Shown: one piece after another, positions 13,251 to 27,300 of the stretch | Position numbering within the stretch: position 1 is the stretch's first letter | Layout of the letters: every line of letters begins with the position of its first letter | Source: Moniliella sp. 'wahieum' | Lineage: Eukaryota | Assembly: GCA_003971905.1 (NCBI GenBank) | Contig: RSEE01000037.1 | Location: forward strand, 558,001-622,000 | Length of the DNA: 64,000 nucleotides | Direction of reading: 5' to 3' | Translations under genes and position numbers: made by a program | The notes under the pieces: model-generated | What the model was told of the DNA's origin: nothing | What the model saw: only the letters and a program-made list of their open reading frames with translations | Databases searched by the model: none

Positions 13251-15668
13251 CCACCACGCGGGACTCCACTAGTCACTAATCATTATTCACTCCGTAGGGC
13301 CATGGAATGCAGCCAGCTGCCCACGCCGCAGCAGCACCACTTCCGACCCACCCCCTTTCTATTGCCGAGTGGGCCTAGTCGATGCGCGTGAGGCGCCCAC
13401 CCCGTTAACCCTACCGCCCGCCGCGCCCACTCTCCCGCCCCCCCGTGCAGCACCTGCACACTGGCCTGCTGCTCCGCCGCTCGGCATTCAGGTATGCGGG
13501 CAGAGCGCAAACCCTATCTCCCGGTGGCCGCGCGTGGCCGGTGCACAACACTGCCGCCGTGCCGCACGGGGACCGCCACAGGCTGTACACTAGCGCCATG
13601 GGGTGGCCTTGCGCCGCGCGTCGTCTGCGCTGCCAGTCCAGTCGCTCGATAAAAGGCTGCCCCCCCCGCCGTGCGGCCACTCTTCTTTTCCCCACCTATC
13701 GCCAGAGTTGCGCGCCCCCTCCGCGCCGTGGGGGGCTGGTTGTGGTGTCCATGGGGCAGCATGCGTGGAGCAAGCCCAGTGCGCTTGCTGTCCCCCCCCG
13801 CCAGCCTCTCATGGCGGGCGCCCTCTCTCCCTTGCCAAGGCGGTCGGACCAGGCAGCGGTCCAGCGGGCGTCTGGGTGGTTGCCGGGCCTTTGTACCGGC
13901 GCTCCCACCGGTGGCCTTCCCGGTCCGCTTGGGCCTTTGCCTGTGGTGAATTGTCAAGACGGCAAGACATGCCTAGATCGCATCTCTGTACATGGATGAG
14001 ACGGTGTGAGGCGGCCAGCGGGAGTGCTGGTTCGCTTTTGAGGACGTGCTTTCCAGTTGTCACGGTTTATCGTTCGCCTTGACGCACTGGTCCAACTGCG
14101 GCTGGACACTCGAACGATTGATGTCGGGCGGCCCTAAAGAGAGGCTGCCGACCTGCACGGGGTCGCGTATCCCCCACTTGGATCCCTAGCATTCCCAAGC
14201 GAGTCGCGAAGTTGCGGACGCCGAAGCATGGCCATGTCTGCCCCGACCGAAGGAGCGGGATCCACGAGCATCGTTGAGTCGGCCGACGGTTGCGAACCCA
14301 AGCGCCGCAAGTGTGGTTTTTTTCGTCAAACATGGGGCATGCGGCACGGACTGCTTACGAGGTAGTACTGCATTGGAGCCCTGGTATATTCGGTCGAGGT
14401 TCTGGTCAGCCAACGTTGACTCCGTGAAAACCAGGTCTGAACTTGCTGTTATGCAAGAGGTTTTGAGGGTAATCCTGCGAGGCCAGTTGGTCCCTGGCTC
14501 CAAAAACCCCATGGTTCATGGTAAGCCCAAACCAGTGCAACGATCGCAGTCTGGTAAACTGCGAGACGTTTTGATTGTGGATCCCTCCACTTAGCCCCAG
14601 GTACTCCAAGCACGCCAAAAGATGCGTTAGAAATTGGAACCTGTGATGCGCTCCCCCATCATGTCGAAAGAAGGACAGTATTGTCGACCGTTTTCCATTG
14701 GCTCCACGAAACTCGTTCTATTCCCGTTGCCCCCCCGCCGACCAAGCTAACCCCGTCACGTAGGACGGAGCGAAGATGAGACTGAAACCAACGGAGCAAA
14801 AATCCATTCAACCAAGAAAGTTTCTGCCTTTTCAAGGCTCAGAAGCCTTGTTGCCTTGCCCGTCCCATCCCTGTACCCCCCCCCTGTTGCAAGAGCGCGA
14901 TCTGCCCCGGTGCTTTGTTCCGTCCAGCGACGGCCCGGATCCCGGCGCAGCCGGCCTTGTCTTGCCCTTTCCTCGTCTTGATTTCTCACCTCCCCTCGAG
15001 GGGTTTTTGGCCCGTTCCAATCCATTCGGACGTCGATGTTGCTCTCCCGGTCGTTTGGCTGGTGGGACGATGTCTTTCCCCTCGTACTTGTGTTGTGTGC
15101 GCTGTAGAGATAGGTTGGTTCACGTTGGGTTGCCAGGTGGAGATGTGCAAGGCTGGAGTCGAGATGGGGGCGTGGCAGGCAGGGTGGACCTGTTTCGCTC
15201 TGGGTGCTTGGTTGGGGCATGGCACCAACTCCCAGAGAGCCGATCCGTACTCGTTCATGTCGCCTCGACCCATACCTATTGCGTCTCCATAGTCGAGATG
15301 TTGATTCCTGCAATCAAGGCCAGCAGTCGCATTAGTGCCGGTGATCAGCGTCCAGCTAAATATTCAGCTCTTTCGTGCAGTATTTAGTCTAATTGAAAAA
15401 GGATGCACCCATGGAGTAGTGACGCAGCGGTTAGCGTGTGAGATTGCAAATGCCCTATATGGGGTAGCTTCCATCTTGAAGTCGTTGGTTCAAGTCCGAC
15501 CTACTCCTTTTTTTCGGCGGGGCGGCGTTGTTTTGTTTTTTATCCTCCTGTTTCGGGTTGCTGCTTCAAGCTTCAAGCTCCAACGTTCAACGTTAGTTTT
15601 GTTTGCTAACACAAACTTGATGGCAGCACAGGGACTCCAACCCTGTGTTTTCGCCTGCCTTTCGCCCG

Positions 15669-15843
15669 TGATGAGGCCTGGAGTCCGGATGGTCCTCAAG
15701 GGTGATATGCAATCGCACTGGTGCTGGTGGTCTAAGCCAAGCAGCAACGCCTACACAGGAACATCAAACAGCGAGTCGTTACCAGGGGCTACGCTGTGCG
15801 GAGCAAGGAAAAACAGGACAGAGATAAGACAATTGAATATTGA
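15669..15843 (-). repeat. Partial copia-type LTR (3' LTR remnant)
   Basis: Diverged direct repeat of 20380-20550. Both copies start TGATGAG.CCTGGAGTC and share AGC..CGCCTACA and CCAGGGGCTA. Confidence 0.65.
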
Positions 15844-16679
15844 TGTCACGGGCTGCGGCGGACCCAAGATGGTCCGACCCAAGCTAAGGCCCGCCTGCTC
15901 CGCACATGCCCAGTAGAGCGTGCACCGCAGGCCAACCAAGTGTGATGACGGTTGGCTAAATTAAGTACCGTGGCCCGAAGGGTCATGCTCCGTGCGACAA
16001 TAGTCGCCCCCCGCCCAAGTCCAGGTCAGCCGGCTTAAATAAGGCCACCGAGCTTCCAGTGCCGTGGCGACGTCTGTCGCCCCGTCCCCGTTTCCTTTCC
16101 TTTCTCGGTCGCACCTGCGGCGACCAACCCGCTTTTGACATGTCTTCCTTTCTACACCCCCTCTTGTATCCGTTTCCCTTTTGATCCTGCCTGTACCCCT
16201 GGTTGATGGGAATCTTTTCCCCCACCTTCCATTCTCGTCATCTCTCGTCTCCACCCTCGTCCCTTCCCGCCTATCCTGTCCGACTCCTGCCCGTTTTCCA
16301 GCCAATTGATCCAGTACAGTGTTAGCGCCCGACATCTCCTCCGACCTCGTCCTCCAGCCCTTCGTCAGTCCAATCGCGCGAGCCCTCCTTCGGTCGCGGC
16401 GATTCCCAGTCCCAGTTAAGGCAGTGTTTGTCCGCCGCTGCCTCCTCCCGTCCCTAAGTCCCGGAGGCTTCAGACACGTTACTATGGCCCAAGCCGGTGC
16501 AGACGCAGCCTTGCCACACGTGCAGCCGCCCCACCAAAGGCCTCTCCTCGTCCCTAGCTCCGCTCGGACACACCAACCAGCCTAAGCCCGAAACTACCGT
16601 GAGTCGACCTACCGTCGCCTAAGGGATTGCGTACCCCAAAAACCCCAGGGCGGGCCCCTGGCGGCGCCCGCCCGTGACA
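15844..16679. mobile_element. Solo LTR, copy A, inserted at the 3' end of the copia element
   Basis: Termini TGTCACGGGC...GCCCGTGACA form a 10-bp inverted repeat. Closely similar to the reverse complement of 40893-41762. Flanks TATTGA/TATCGA are only an imperfect TSD. Confidence 0.85.
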
Positions 16680-19600
16680 TATCGACAAAGAGCTGGATGG
16701 GGTGCGTGGCGGAACAGATGCCCAGCTCAAAAAGAATGTTGCGCACAAAGAGTGCACTGCGCAGCCTATCGCCCATAGCCATGTGCTCGGAAGCGGCCTG
16801 GTCGCTTACTCCTTTTCGTTCTGCGTCTTTTTGTGGTATTCCATGACACTGTGGCACGCCGTATACAAATACGACGTACCCGGAAACACAGGTCTTTTGA
16901 ATAGGGCGTGTCCGGGGCAAAGAAATCATCCGTGGGCAATTCGAGAGGTCTTGGGAGAAGAGAAGGTGTCAAGCGAGAGAGAATGGTCGGCAGCACCCTT
17001 CAAACACTGTAACAAGCCAATGGCAGTGTCACGGTGAGCCCGAGAAGGATCATCCAGGAAACGAGCCAAGAAGATGGCGGCAAACAAGGCGTCCGTCGGG
17101 CGAGACATTCGTGCCGATTACATGGCAGACCCGACCATAGGGCGATAGGCATGATTCTCGTCGTGTGTTGTAGATCGTGGTTCGTGCTCGGGATGACGCA
17201 GCGAAGGAGGAAGAGTGTGGCTGAGAGCGGAAGGCGTCCAGAATGGTCGTGAGTCATATCGTATAGGTAGCAAGCGTCTCAGCAATGAATTGCGGCTGGT
17301 TCATATAGAGGCGGCCACTTCAATGCGGTCGTACGAGCAGCCGAGAAGGAAACGAAGGGGGGCCATTGGATTTCATTTCGATATGACGGCGATCCTCGAC
17401 AAGGAAGGAATGGTAGATGCCCCCCCAACGGCGAGCAACAAAAATCGTCAGTGTGTGGATCGCCAACGGAATCCAAGGATTGGGTACGACGAACAAAAGA
17501 TGGAAATGGGTAGGATGCTCGGCAGTGTACAGAAGGTTGGTTCACTTGAAGGGGTTTTTCTAGCCATTGTAATCAAGCCAGGGCCGCCATGTAGAGCAAA
17601 GAGCCAGCCTTTACTACCATGGCGCTCGTCGTATCCGATTAGCATGGCGGGAACGGCCTGCGGACCCAGCTTGCCCCCGTCACGCTGGTTGGGAAAGAGG
17701 GCAAGGTAGGTTAAGGTACTGAAACCATACATAGGAACTAAGTGAGGGAAGGAAACTGTGGTAACGTACGAAGCGGCCGTTGCCTCCCCCCATCCTTTCG
17801 GAGGGATAAGGTTGTGCATGTACGCAGCAGTGTGAAGCGCTTGATATCGCTATTCCTCGGGGTGAGGTGTAGTAGAGGCGAGCAAGGTGCGAGCACGATA
17901 CATGATGGAGCGGATTGCCATCTCGGCACACCATTGGAGGCACTTTCACCTGGATTGGTGGTTTCGGTCACGATGTTGTTCGTCGTAAAAATCGATCATG
18001 GCGGATGTCACATCGGGAGCATTTTTGTCGGATCGGACCACCTGGAGGGGTCTTTCAGCGTGCTGACGCTGCTCACGGACTCGATAAAGTGGCGAAGAGA
18101 TGCAACGGCTTCATCATTGAAAGAAAGAGACGTGGCTGGTGAAGTCGTCAACAATACTAACCCCCACCCGTGTCCCCCGCCACCTTGACGTGAAGAATAT
18201 CGACCACATCGATGTGAATCAAGGAAAAGGGTCTGGTGGTCGGGGTAACATTGGGACAAAGGGAATGAGAAGGGGCTGTGTGACATGCGAGTGAGAGAAT
18301 ACATCATGACTGGCAATTTAATGTTATTGAAGTTGGGGTCGAACAGTCGCTGCATCTTGAAGCAAAACAAAAGAAGGGAAGGTAAGGAAGCGGTTAAGCG
18401 TGCAAGCTGGTCAAGGGAGCCTATAATTCCACTGTGCATGGACTCGGTGGACCTTATCCAAAACGGTAAAGGATTCAAGGAAATGGACGCTAGAGAAAAG
18501 AGAGTCAGAGCGGATAAGGGGTTCGATAAACATTTTGTAACTAGCGTCTCCGTAACAACTAAGGCGAGGAATATCACCTGCGCGGTATACAGATAGATGG
18601 ATATCTTGGTCCCACACGCCACGACCAGACTCTCCATTCGGGCCATCGTTCGAGAGCTGGTACGCACTTACCAAGTTATAGGGAAAGAAGCACAATAGAA
18701 GGAGTCGGGGAGTGTTGAAAACATAAAGGGTAGGACGGCACAGATATGGATATACAGAGAGAGACTGTGCCAATGCCATCGGCTTGCACGTCCTGTCCAT
18801 TTGCACTGAAGAGGACTATAAAAACACGACTAATATAGGGTAAAGTGAAGTAAATGCGTTCTTATCATTGAAGTCAGGGGCGCGCGCCCGAATCGTGGTG
18901 CGCAGGGAGGGTGACGCGAAAGACTTCCCGCGCAGTCCTATTCAGGTGGGTGAGAAGGAGACAGAGATGCAATCGCGCCCTCGGGACCAGTAGGAGGGAA
19001 AAGACAGACCCACCGGAAGCCGCCGCACTCGGATACGCTGTCACAGAAAAGAACCCGGAACGGGACCATAGTGGTGGCAGTGGTCCAATTGGCATCCCCT
19101 TAGGATCCGTAAGACCACGTTCCTCCACCCCGTGGACCAGACCCGGTAATAGGTGCAACGCCGCCGCCTGACTCATGCTACCTCACAGGGCTGAGCCACG
19201 GCCCCGAGAAGATCGGCCACCGCGAGAACCCCGCAAAGGGGAGTGGCCACAGGGCTTATTTCCAGATGCACCCTGGAAAAACACCGGATGCGGTATGGCT
19301 TGACGATCGGAGATGATCATCGAAATGGTCGTAGTCGTCATTGAGATGTGATGCCGTAAAACTGGGATGTGCAAACCATTGAGCAAACATGTGCTAAAGT
19401 ACCAGTCAGGAAGAGGTGGAGAACCCGAGCGCATACGTAGCTTATAAACGAGGCTGCGGTGGCGTTCCACGTATTTCGCGCACGGACCAGGTTCCAATCT
19501 CAAGATCAATCAGTTGCCGAAAAAGGGCCACGAGATCCGCCGGGGACGACCGACCGTAACGTTGAAGCAGAATGCGGAACAACGCAGAACCCATGCCTCC

Positions 19601-20379
19601 AGTTTCAGAAGAGGGAATAGTCGAGGCAACATCGCGGTGGAGGTGGGCCAAGAGTGGCGCGTGGAGTTTGCGGTCCAGAAGGCTGTTATAGTGAGGATCA
19701 CTTTCGCCCTTTTGAAGAAGCGCACGTGCACCACTCGCTGCACTGTCAAGGCGGTCCAGAACTAAGTCCGCCCACGCCCAAAAGTCTTGTCCGATATTGT
19801 ATTTGTCCGTAGTGTTGATACCGCGTGTAAGTTTTGCCAGAGATGGGAAGGGCTCAACCGTGGTGATAGGCACAGATGCAGATGAGGTGTTGGACAATTG
19901 CTTCGCGGAAACAGCCTTGCCTTCAAGAACCGCCATGGCAGCAGATGATCCCACCGTAGCACCCCACCTGTTCTTGGCCAAATCCAAGAGACATTCCGCA
20001 GACATAATGGTACTCAGCCGAGTCAAGATAGCTGTGATCTCATCGTCGATTGGCGGAGAAGTTGAACCAGCGACAGCAGGAATGCTTCCCACGTCAGGCA
20101 AAGACGGGATGGTTACCCGTGGGGTTGGGACAGGATCCACAGGGTCAGACGTTTCGGAGGATGGCTTGGGAGAAGAAGGGAGGAACCATGATGAATCGCA
20201 ACCGTCCAGCATAACACGGTGAAAGACGTCACGCAAGTCGTTGAATTGACATGTGACAGACGTCTGGGAAGACGGATCGCTGGGGACCCACCCTTTGTAG
20301 GATCCCCGATCATTTTCACGATCTTTGCTGTTGGGGCGATCATTGTTACTCTTCACTGGATGAGCGAAGAGTTGAACTC

Positions 20380-20625
20380 TGATGAGACCTGGAGTCGATG
20401 GTCTTGTCCTCGAGGGTTATGCAATCTCACTGCTGGTGGTGGTGGTCTGAGCCAACCAGCAGCGCCTACAGAGAAACATCAATAAGCAGCTAGCCGCCAC
20501 CAGGGGCTAAGCAATGGAACAAGGAAAAAAGGAGAGAAATAGAACAGAGCTCCTAATAGGCCTGAGGAGGGACTGAAGGGACGTTGGCCAAAACACATGA
20601 GCCACCCGGTGGCTCAACCGCATCA
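20380..20625 (-). repeat. Probable 5' LTR of the copia element
   Basis: TGATG...CATCA termini, lies just upstream of the gag ORF (20356), and is similar to 15669-15843. Confidence 0.6.
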
Positions 20626-21425
20626 CAGGTCTGTGTGGTTCACACTTGCATGCTGTCTACCTAAGCAATTAAGCTTGGCATCTCAAATTCGCTGGAGAAT
20701 AAGCTTCGCTCGCCTTTGCCAAGACGGCTGAGGTGAGAAATGTAATGAGAGAAACGAGAGCAATGCGATTGACGAGAGGCTTGAAAAGCTCGGTTGCATT
20801 CCCACTTCTGTGTCGCTTTTGCGCATGTCGATTATCGAGATCATCCTTCTCCCGACTGCCGGTTTCCTTAATAGATTCATTACAGGTCCACGATCGCACG
20901 TTCTCACTTTTCAATCAGCTCGCTTGCCCTCCCTCCCCCATCGGAGCTCCCCGCTTTCTTTCCCGGCCCGGTAAGGTGCGAGCTTCTTCGCAGACGTGCC
21001 TACTGGCTCTACCGGATGAACAGCAAAGCACTACTCGCGACCCTGCTTCGTTCACGCCGGTGTTCCTTGGACTTTGGCTCTGAAACGTGTTCCGGCCACC
21101 GTGAATCTTGTCTCTGATGGACAGGGAGGGTCTTTGCCTCGGCTTGGAGGCCAGTGACCCCGTAACATCTATGACAGATTCTAGTAGTCTTTGGCCTGAG
21201 TAGATGTGTCTGTTCTGCTCCTTCAAGGCAACGCACATTCCCAAACTGTGTTTTTTGCACCTCAGTGGGCAGCACGCTCGTGCCGCCAACTGGAAGATAG
21301 GTGCCAAGGAACGAGCTGGCACGGGATTGCTCGCTCCCCACCAGAAGGTCATCCCTTCCCCCACCGGACACAATACTCACGGCGGACGGCGGACGGCGGA
21401 CTGAATGGGTGCGTATCAGATCCCC

Positions 21426-22371
21426 TGTCAGGAAACGGGAGATGGAGGAAAGAGGAGCATATGGATTAGATACATCTACAGACGGACTGATGGAGGTATA
21501 TGTACCCTAAGGAAGAGGGCCCAACCGAGAGGTAGACACTAGAGCTCCCAACTGATAAGAATCACACCGTATGCTCATACGGGCTTAGTGGGCCAAGGGC
21601 CTCTAGCACGGCACGAGCCTGACATCAACAGCCCCAAGGTACCCATGGGATGGAAAGTAGAAGGGGCGAGAGCTAGGCCTTTCGTGTTGTCGTCGGACTG
21701 GTCCAGGCAAAGCCACACTGAAGGAGAGGGCAGGGTTTTGCAGGGGCCGGATGTGATGAAGAGCGTGAGGCTTCGATGGGAGTTGGTCGACAAGGTGGGT
21801 TTTCTAGAGTGGCTCCTAGAAGAATAAGTGCAAAGGGGAGGAAAGAGATGGTGGGTGGTTTCTCCATCACACTTGGGAACAAGGAACAGATAGAACAGAT
21901 ATTGTAAGGTTTAGGGAAGAAAGAATAGAGACGAGAAAGGGGAAAGAACCAAAAAATAAAAAAAGAGGTTGAGAGATTGCAGTCGAGAACGAGTCTAAAA
22001 GGGAAACGAGTCTAACTGGGTAAGACTGAGCGAGGACCAAAAACACCGACGGAACGAGGCGAGAAACAAGTATAGAGGGCCATCGGGGGGAAGAAGGCAA
22101 GAATGCCTAAAGAGACTGAGTCCAAAGCATGTGTCGAGTGATGGGAATTACTAAGGCCTACACAACGGAGGACGAGACATACGGAAAAGAAAACAGACTT
22201 GTGTAGATTGGGATACATAGGAAGAGAAGCTGAATCGAGATAGCAAGAGCGCGAGATGGAGGAAAGAAGAGAAGCTGAGGATAGTGAGATGGAGAGAGTT
22301 GCCCGAGAAGAGGGAACCAAGACAAGGAGACAGTATAGCTGAGCAAGACGCCTAGACGCCGGCGTGTGACA
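21426..22371. mobile_element. Possible old solo LTR
   Basis: TGTCA...TGACA termini enclose a strongly purine-skewed non-coding tract like the other LTRs here. No TSD and no second copy in the window. Confidence 0.3.
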
Positions 22372-24379
22372 CTTAGTGCCATAAAAGCATCACGTATGGG
22401 TAATGCAGGCACCACAGCCATTTCCATCGTTTCAACAACGGGAAATGGACTCCACTACGAAGCGATAATACTCTAGTCTGTGGAGAGGTCCGTTCTCTGG
22501 AGACAAAAGCATCCATCATAACAGATCCAACCAAAGATTGTACTGGCAAATGAGAAGAAGAGAGGCTGCGTTTCCGTGCTGTGCCCCAGCACATATCCTG
22601 CTGGTATCGTTCTGGGGCTGCTCCAAAAAAGCGGTATCCGATTCACGAGAACTATGGCGCTCATCCGTGGTTCACTAGCAGCTCGCCTTTCAAGCATCCA
22701 GAGATTGCACAGCTCTTTGACAGCTCTTCCACAGTTGGACGTTCGGGCCTCTGTGTAGTGTTGTATTAGCAGTCCAGAGTCTCGAGCGTCTAGGGTGACT
22801 GCGTTGACTAGAGACTGGGTGAGACGTTCGTGGCGCCGGATATCCACAATTCTGGCGGATGCGAACACTGCGTACAACTGAAGAGTCTGCCAGGAGAGGT
22901 ACGAGTATAGTGTGTGAGGTGAGTGCGAGGGTAGTAGTGAACCTAATGGCGGTGGGAAAGGCGGGCCGGCGAGGCAGATCATATGCTCGCGCGCGTAAAT
23001 GATAGCGCAAAAGCGCTTACTGTGCGCTTACTCGAGGTGACTGTGGTGTAGTAGTAGTTGCCAGTATATGATGTGTTGGTTGGCACCTGGGGATTGTGGA
23101 TGGGATGGAGATGGGCAGCACAGGAGGCGCTGCGTGGCTTTTTGTTGGCTGGCTGATGTGGATGCCAGTGAGCGATGATTGATTGAGGCGTGGACGACCT
23201 GCGCCCGAGGGGGTGGAGGAGGGTGGAGTCGGGGGGGGCGCGACAGATGGGCAGGGACAACGAGGGGGGTGTTTGTGCCTCACATTGTACAGCACACTTC
23301 ACATTCACATTTCACACAGGAGCTGAGCCAGGGCGCTCCAGTTGGGCATGTGGCGCCCCCCCGGATGTCCGCTGACCATCACCGATGGACGCTTCGAACA
23401 CAGCGCCCAGGCGAGCGATGCATGGTGCATGCGTGACAGCGGGGCGCCGCTGAAAAAAAAACAACTCGAGCCGCCGATCGTCGATCACCGATCACCGGCA
23501 GCGCCGCTGCGTACTCCCCAGCAGCAGTGCCGGTCACCCTGCCATGCGCTGGGGGGGCGGTGGGAGCACCGCAGCGGTTATGCGTTACGCAGCGGCCAGG
23601 ACGGGCGACTGGCCAGTGTCCGGCTGCAATAGTTCCATGTCGATCATGCATCCGCAGCACCCATCACATAAGCACACGCGCGCCGTGCGGATGCTGAGCG
23701 CGGATCCCCACAGCCTGACAGTCGCTTGCGGTCCCTTGCAGTGTCGCCAGGCCTTGCGGCTCGGGACGACAGTGCCTAGTGGCCTCTGGCAACTGGCCCC
23801 CCGTACCTCGCGTAACGAGTAACGCTTAATGCGTAAACGTCGCAAACACGGCAGGTGAACGCGCAGGCACTGGCCCCCGCCGCGGTTATGGGTGCGGAGG
23901 CACAGGCGCAGGGCGAGTGTGGCGAGTGTGGTGAGGGGGCATGCCGGGACACTGCAAGGGATTTGCCCAGAGCACTGCCAGGGCGGGCATGCCGCACTAG
24001 GCTGCAGTGCCGGGCGCCGCACCAGGCGGCATGCACGTTGGTGCACCCTGTGTGTGCTGTGCCTTGCGGTGCCTTGCTCAGCTGTGCCTGCCGTGTGCTG
24101 CCGTGTGCTGCCGTGTGCCGGCAAGGAGGACAGGCAAGCGAAGCGAAACCAGCCAAGCCAGTCCAACCACTCCAACCACAGCGCATTGGACCCCCACCTC
24201 CCCCCCCTCCTCCATCCCCATCCCCATCTCCATCCCCATCTCCGTCCCCCCCTCGCCACCGCGGCTGGCCCACGCTCCTTACTGTGCGCTTGCGCTTCAC
24301 CTTCTTTCCGTCCTTCTCCTTCTCCCCGCGGCCAAGTCCTCCGCTGGAGCGGCTGTGCCCTGGCCTGGCCTTGCCCACC

Positions 24380-27300
24380 ATGCTCTTCCGCCGCTTCGCC
24401 CACCCATCCGCCCTGCTTGCGCTCTCGTGGCCCTCGCCCTCGCCCTCGTCGCCCACGCCACCAGCCGAGGCCCAACGCACACCACCACCGCCGCCTTGCC
24501 CTCCAGGCTGAGCACGCTGCTCACGCACCTCCCCGCCAACGCCAATTCGATCGGTGGTGGCCCCTGGCCAAGGACAACTCGGGCTCCAATCGGGTTCCAA
24601 CTCGCTCGACCCCTTTTCCATCGACACACCCCATTGGCCCTGGCCCACTCCCTCCTCCACCCCACCAGCGCTGTCCCATGCTCAGCACAAGGGTGCGACG
24701 GATACTCCCCAGACAAGCCCTTACTCCGCCTCCGACAATGACGACCGGATCTGGATCTGGATCTGGATCCAGTTCTGCTTCCCCTGATTCCAGCTCCAGC
24801 TCCGCCACACACCATCACTGCCTCTCCTACTTCCTCTAACGAGTCTCGAGTGAGTCGGACTCGGACACGGCCACTGCTACGCCCACCACACCACTCTGCT
24901 TCTTACTTCCTCGAGCGAGTCGGAGTCGTCGGGTGAGTCGGATTCCTCCGTTAAACCGGACCCCACCCCCACGGCCACGGCCGCCCACCACCACACTCTG
25001 CTTCTCCGACTTCCTCTAGCGAGTCAGAGTCGTCGAGTGATCGGACACGGACACGGCCACGCTACGCCCACCCACACCACTCTGTTCTCCGACTTCCTCT
25101 AGCGAGTCAGAGTCGTCGAGTGAGTCGGACACGGACACGGCCACGCCCACCCACCACCGTTCTGCTTCTCCCACCTCTTCAAGCGACTCAGTGTCGTCTA
25201 GCGATTCGGGGTCTTCGAGCTCACCGACGGCCACTGCTGTTCCTACCCATCATCACTCTTCTTCCCCCTCGTCCTCTGCAAGCGATAAGTCGAGATCGCG
25301 ATCCCCCGTCTCGTCGGCGCAATCGTCTTCGCAGTCGAGTGTGGACTCAACTCCTTCGAGCTCCAGCCCGGATCAATCTCGGTCGTCTTCGGCAACCTCT
25401 GAGGCTAGCTCAACGGATTTGAAACCCAGTCCGACCAGGTCCAAGGCTCCCACCAGCTCGGCTGTGTCGTCTTCTCCCTTGCACCATCGCCCCCATCCCT
25501 CCAGTGGAGCCTCGACGTCCACTGATTCCTCCATCGACTCCTCGGCTTCCGCACACCGCTCCTCCACACCCCCCGTCCATGCCTCCAGCGCCTCCGCCTC
25601 CTCCGCCTCCGAGTCTCGCAGCGCCTCAGTGCCTACTCGTCCCACGTCACGTCCTCACCGGCATTCATCTTCTGCAACCGACACCGACAGCTCAGTCAGC
25701 CGCTCCATCTTCGCCTCGTCCGTCATCTCGGGCCTCAGTCCCGTCCCATCTTACTCACGTTCGAACCCCCATGCTTCGGCGAGTAGCGCAGCGGCAAGTT
25801 CGGTGGTTTCGTCGCTAGGGTCCTCGGCCTCCCAGTCCAGCGCGAGTGAGGTGAGCCCCTCCCCTTCGTCCTGGGTCCATGGCACCTCCTCCTCGCCCAA
25901 TGTGCCCCCCTCGGGTAGCTCGCGCCCGGTCCTTTCGTCGGGCAGCAGCACGGGTACTGCATTGCCGTCGGGTCACCATTCGCGGTCCGTTCCCGTTTCT
26001 GGAAGCAGCTCGCGTCCTGCGCCTGCGTCCGGAATGAGTTCGGGTACATCCTCTCTGTCTGGGACCTACTCCAACTCCCCCACCTCGCCGTATGGTAGTA
26101 GTGCCACGCTCGCTTCTGGTTCTGGCTCCCTCTCCCGCTCCGAGTTTGGTTCCAGCACCCGCTCCACTACCGTCGTTTCCGGCTCGGACATGCACTCGTC
26201 CGCGGAAAGCGCATCCAAAACTTGGGGAGGCAGCGGCACGTCCTCCATCTTTGCGTCTTCCTTCCACACCAGCACCTTATCAGCCAAGCGTCTTCGGGCA
26301 CGGGCAGTGCCTCGGCCCCGTCGGCCTCGCGCTCCTCCGGATCAAGTGGCGCCTTTTCGGGTTCGGCACAGCCTTCGTCGGGGTCCGCCACGGGCGCCTC
26401 GGGTTCGTCGGCCATGCCTGGCTCGTCGGTCATCACTGGTTCGTCGGCCATGCCTGGCTCGTCGGTGATGCTTGGTCCGTCGGTAGCCTCCGGTTCGATG
26501 GTGCAGTTTTCCGGTTCGGCGCAGCAGTCCGGCTCAGCGAGCCAGTCGCACGGCCCATCCGGCAGCTCGGCCACTCCCACTGCGTCTAGTTCGGGAAACG
26601 CTCACAGCAACGGCAACAGCAAGTCGTCATCGTCCGGGAGCAACTCATACGCCAACTATTACAGCTATGCGCCCAGTAAATCGCTCCTCTTGCCGCCTGG
26701 CAGCTCGTCCGGCAATCTTTCTTCTTTGGGACCGATGCTCTCCTTGTCCTCTGCGGCTCCGGCAGCGTCGGCGTCCGTCGTGCAGCCTCAGCTTCCTGCC
26801 TCGATTGCGCCGATGAACGGCAGCCCCCAGCAACCGATCAACACGACGACCATTGCCTTGCTCTTCAACCAGTCGGTTATGTGGCCGGATGTGGCGAGCC
26901 CGAATGCCGGGAGCTTCCGGCGCAGCTGTTCAACTTTATGCCTACGGTGGTTGGTACCGGGCTTAACATCTCAGCGGACAAGGTGGTGACGTATGCCCTG
27001 CAGGCGTACCACGGCGCTGGCGAGGTGGACTCGACCAACTGGCATTCGCAAACGGTGTATGAGGCATTCATCCCCAAGGACCTTGTCCAAGCATTGCAAA
27101 CAGCTGTCAACGACCCCCAGTCGTCCTTGTACACCCACCAACTCCAAGGCATCAACTTTGAGTTGGCTTCGTACATCACACCTGGCTTCAACATTCTTTC
27201 TGGGGCGGGCAACACCAAGTCGGCGCAGCTCAATGCGTCTGGCACGGGGAACGGGCACAGCAACACGCTGCGGGATGCGTTGATTGGCGTGTTCGTTCCA

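Larger units (their letters stand above)
15669..20625 (-). mobile_element. Decayed Ty1/copia LTR retrotransposon (gag-PR-IN-RT-RH order)
   Basis: Gag (LQRYGRSSPADLVALFRQL), remnant Zn knuckle ~19130, protease DSGA ~18880. Integrase remnants RPFSLIHIDV, IVDDFTS, WGEA and KLGPQAVPAMLIGY. RT C-terminus SRPTD..FLARFLDDPSRAH and RNase H SGYVVF..RNILFELG..QLFVD. Many stops and frameshifts; most of the RT core is missing. Confidence 0.85.

Noticed and set aside
14050..15660. Possible decayed LINE or other element fragment
   Set aside because: Composition looks like old coding DNA, but no RT or endonuclease motif could be identified.
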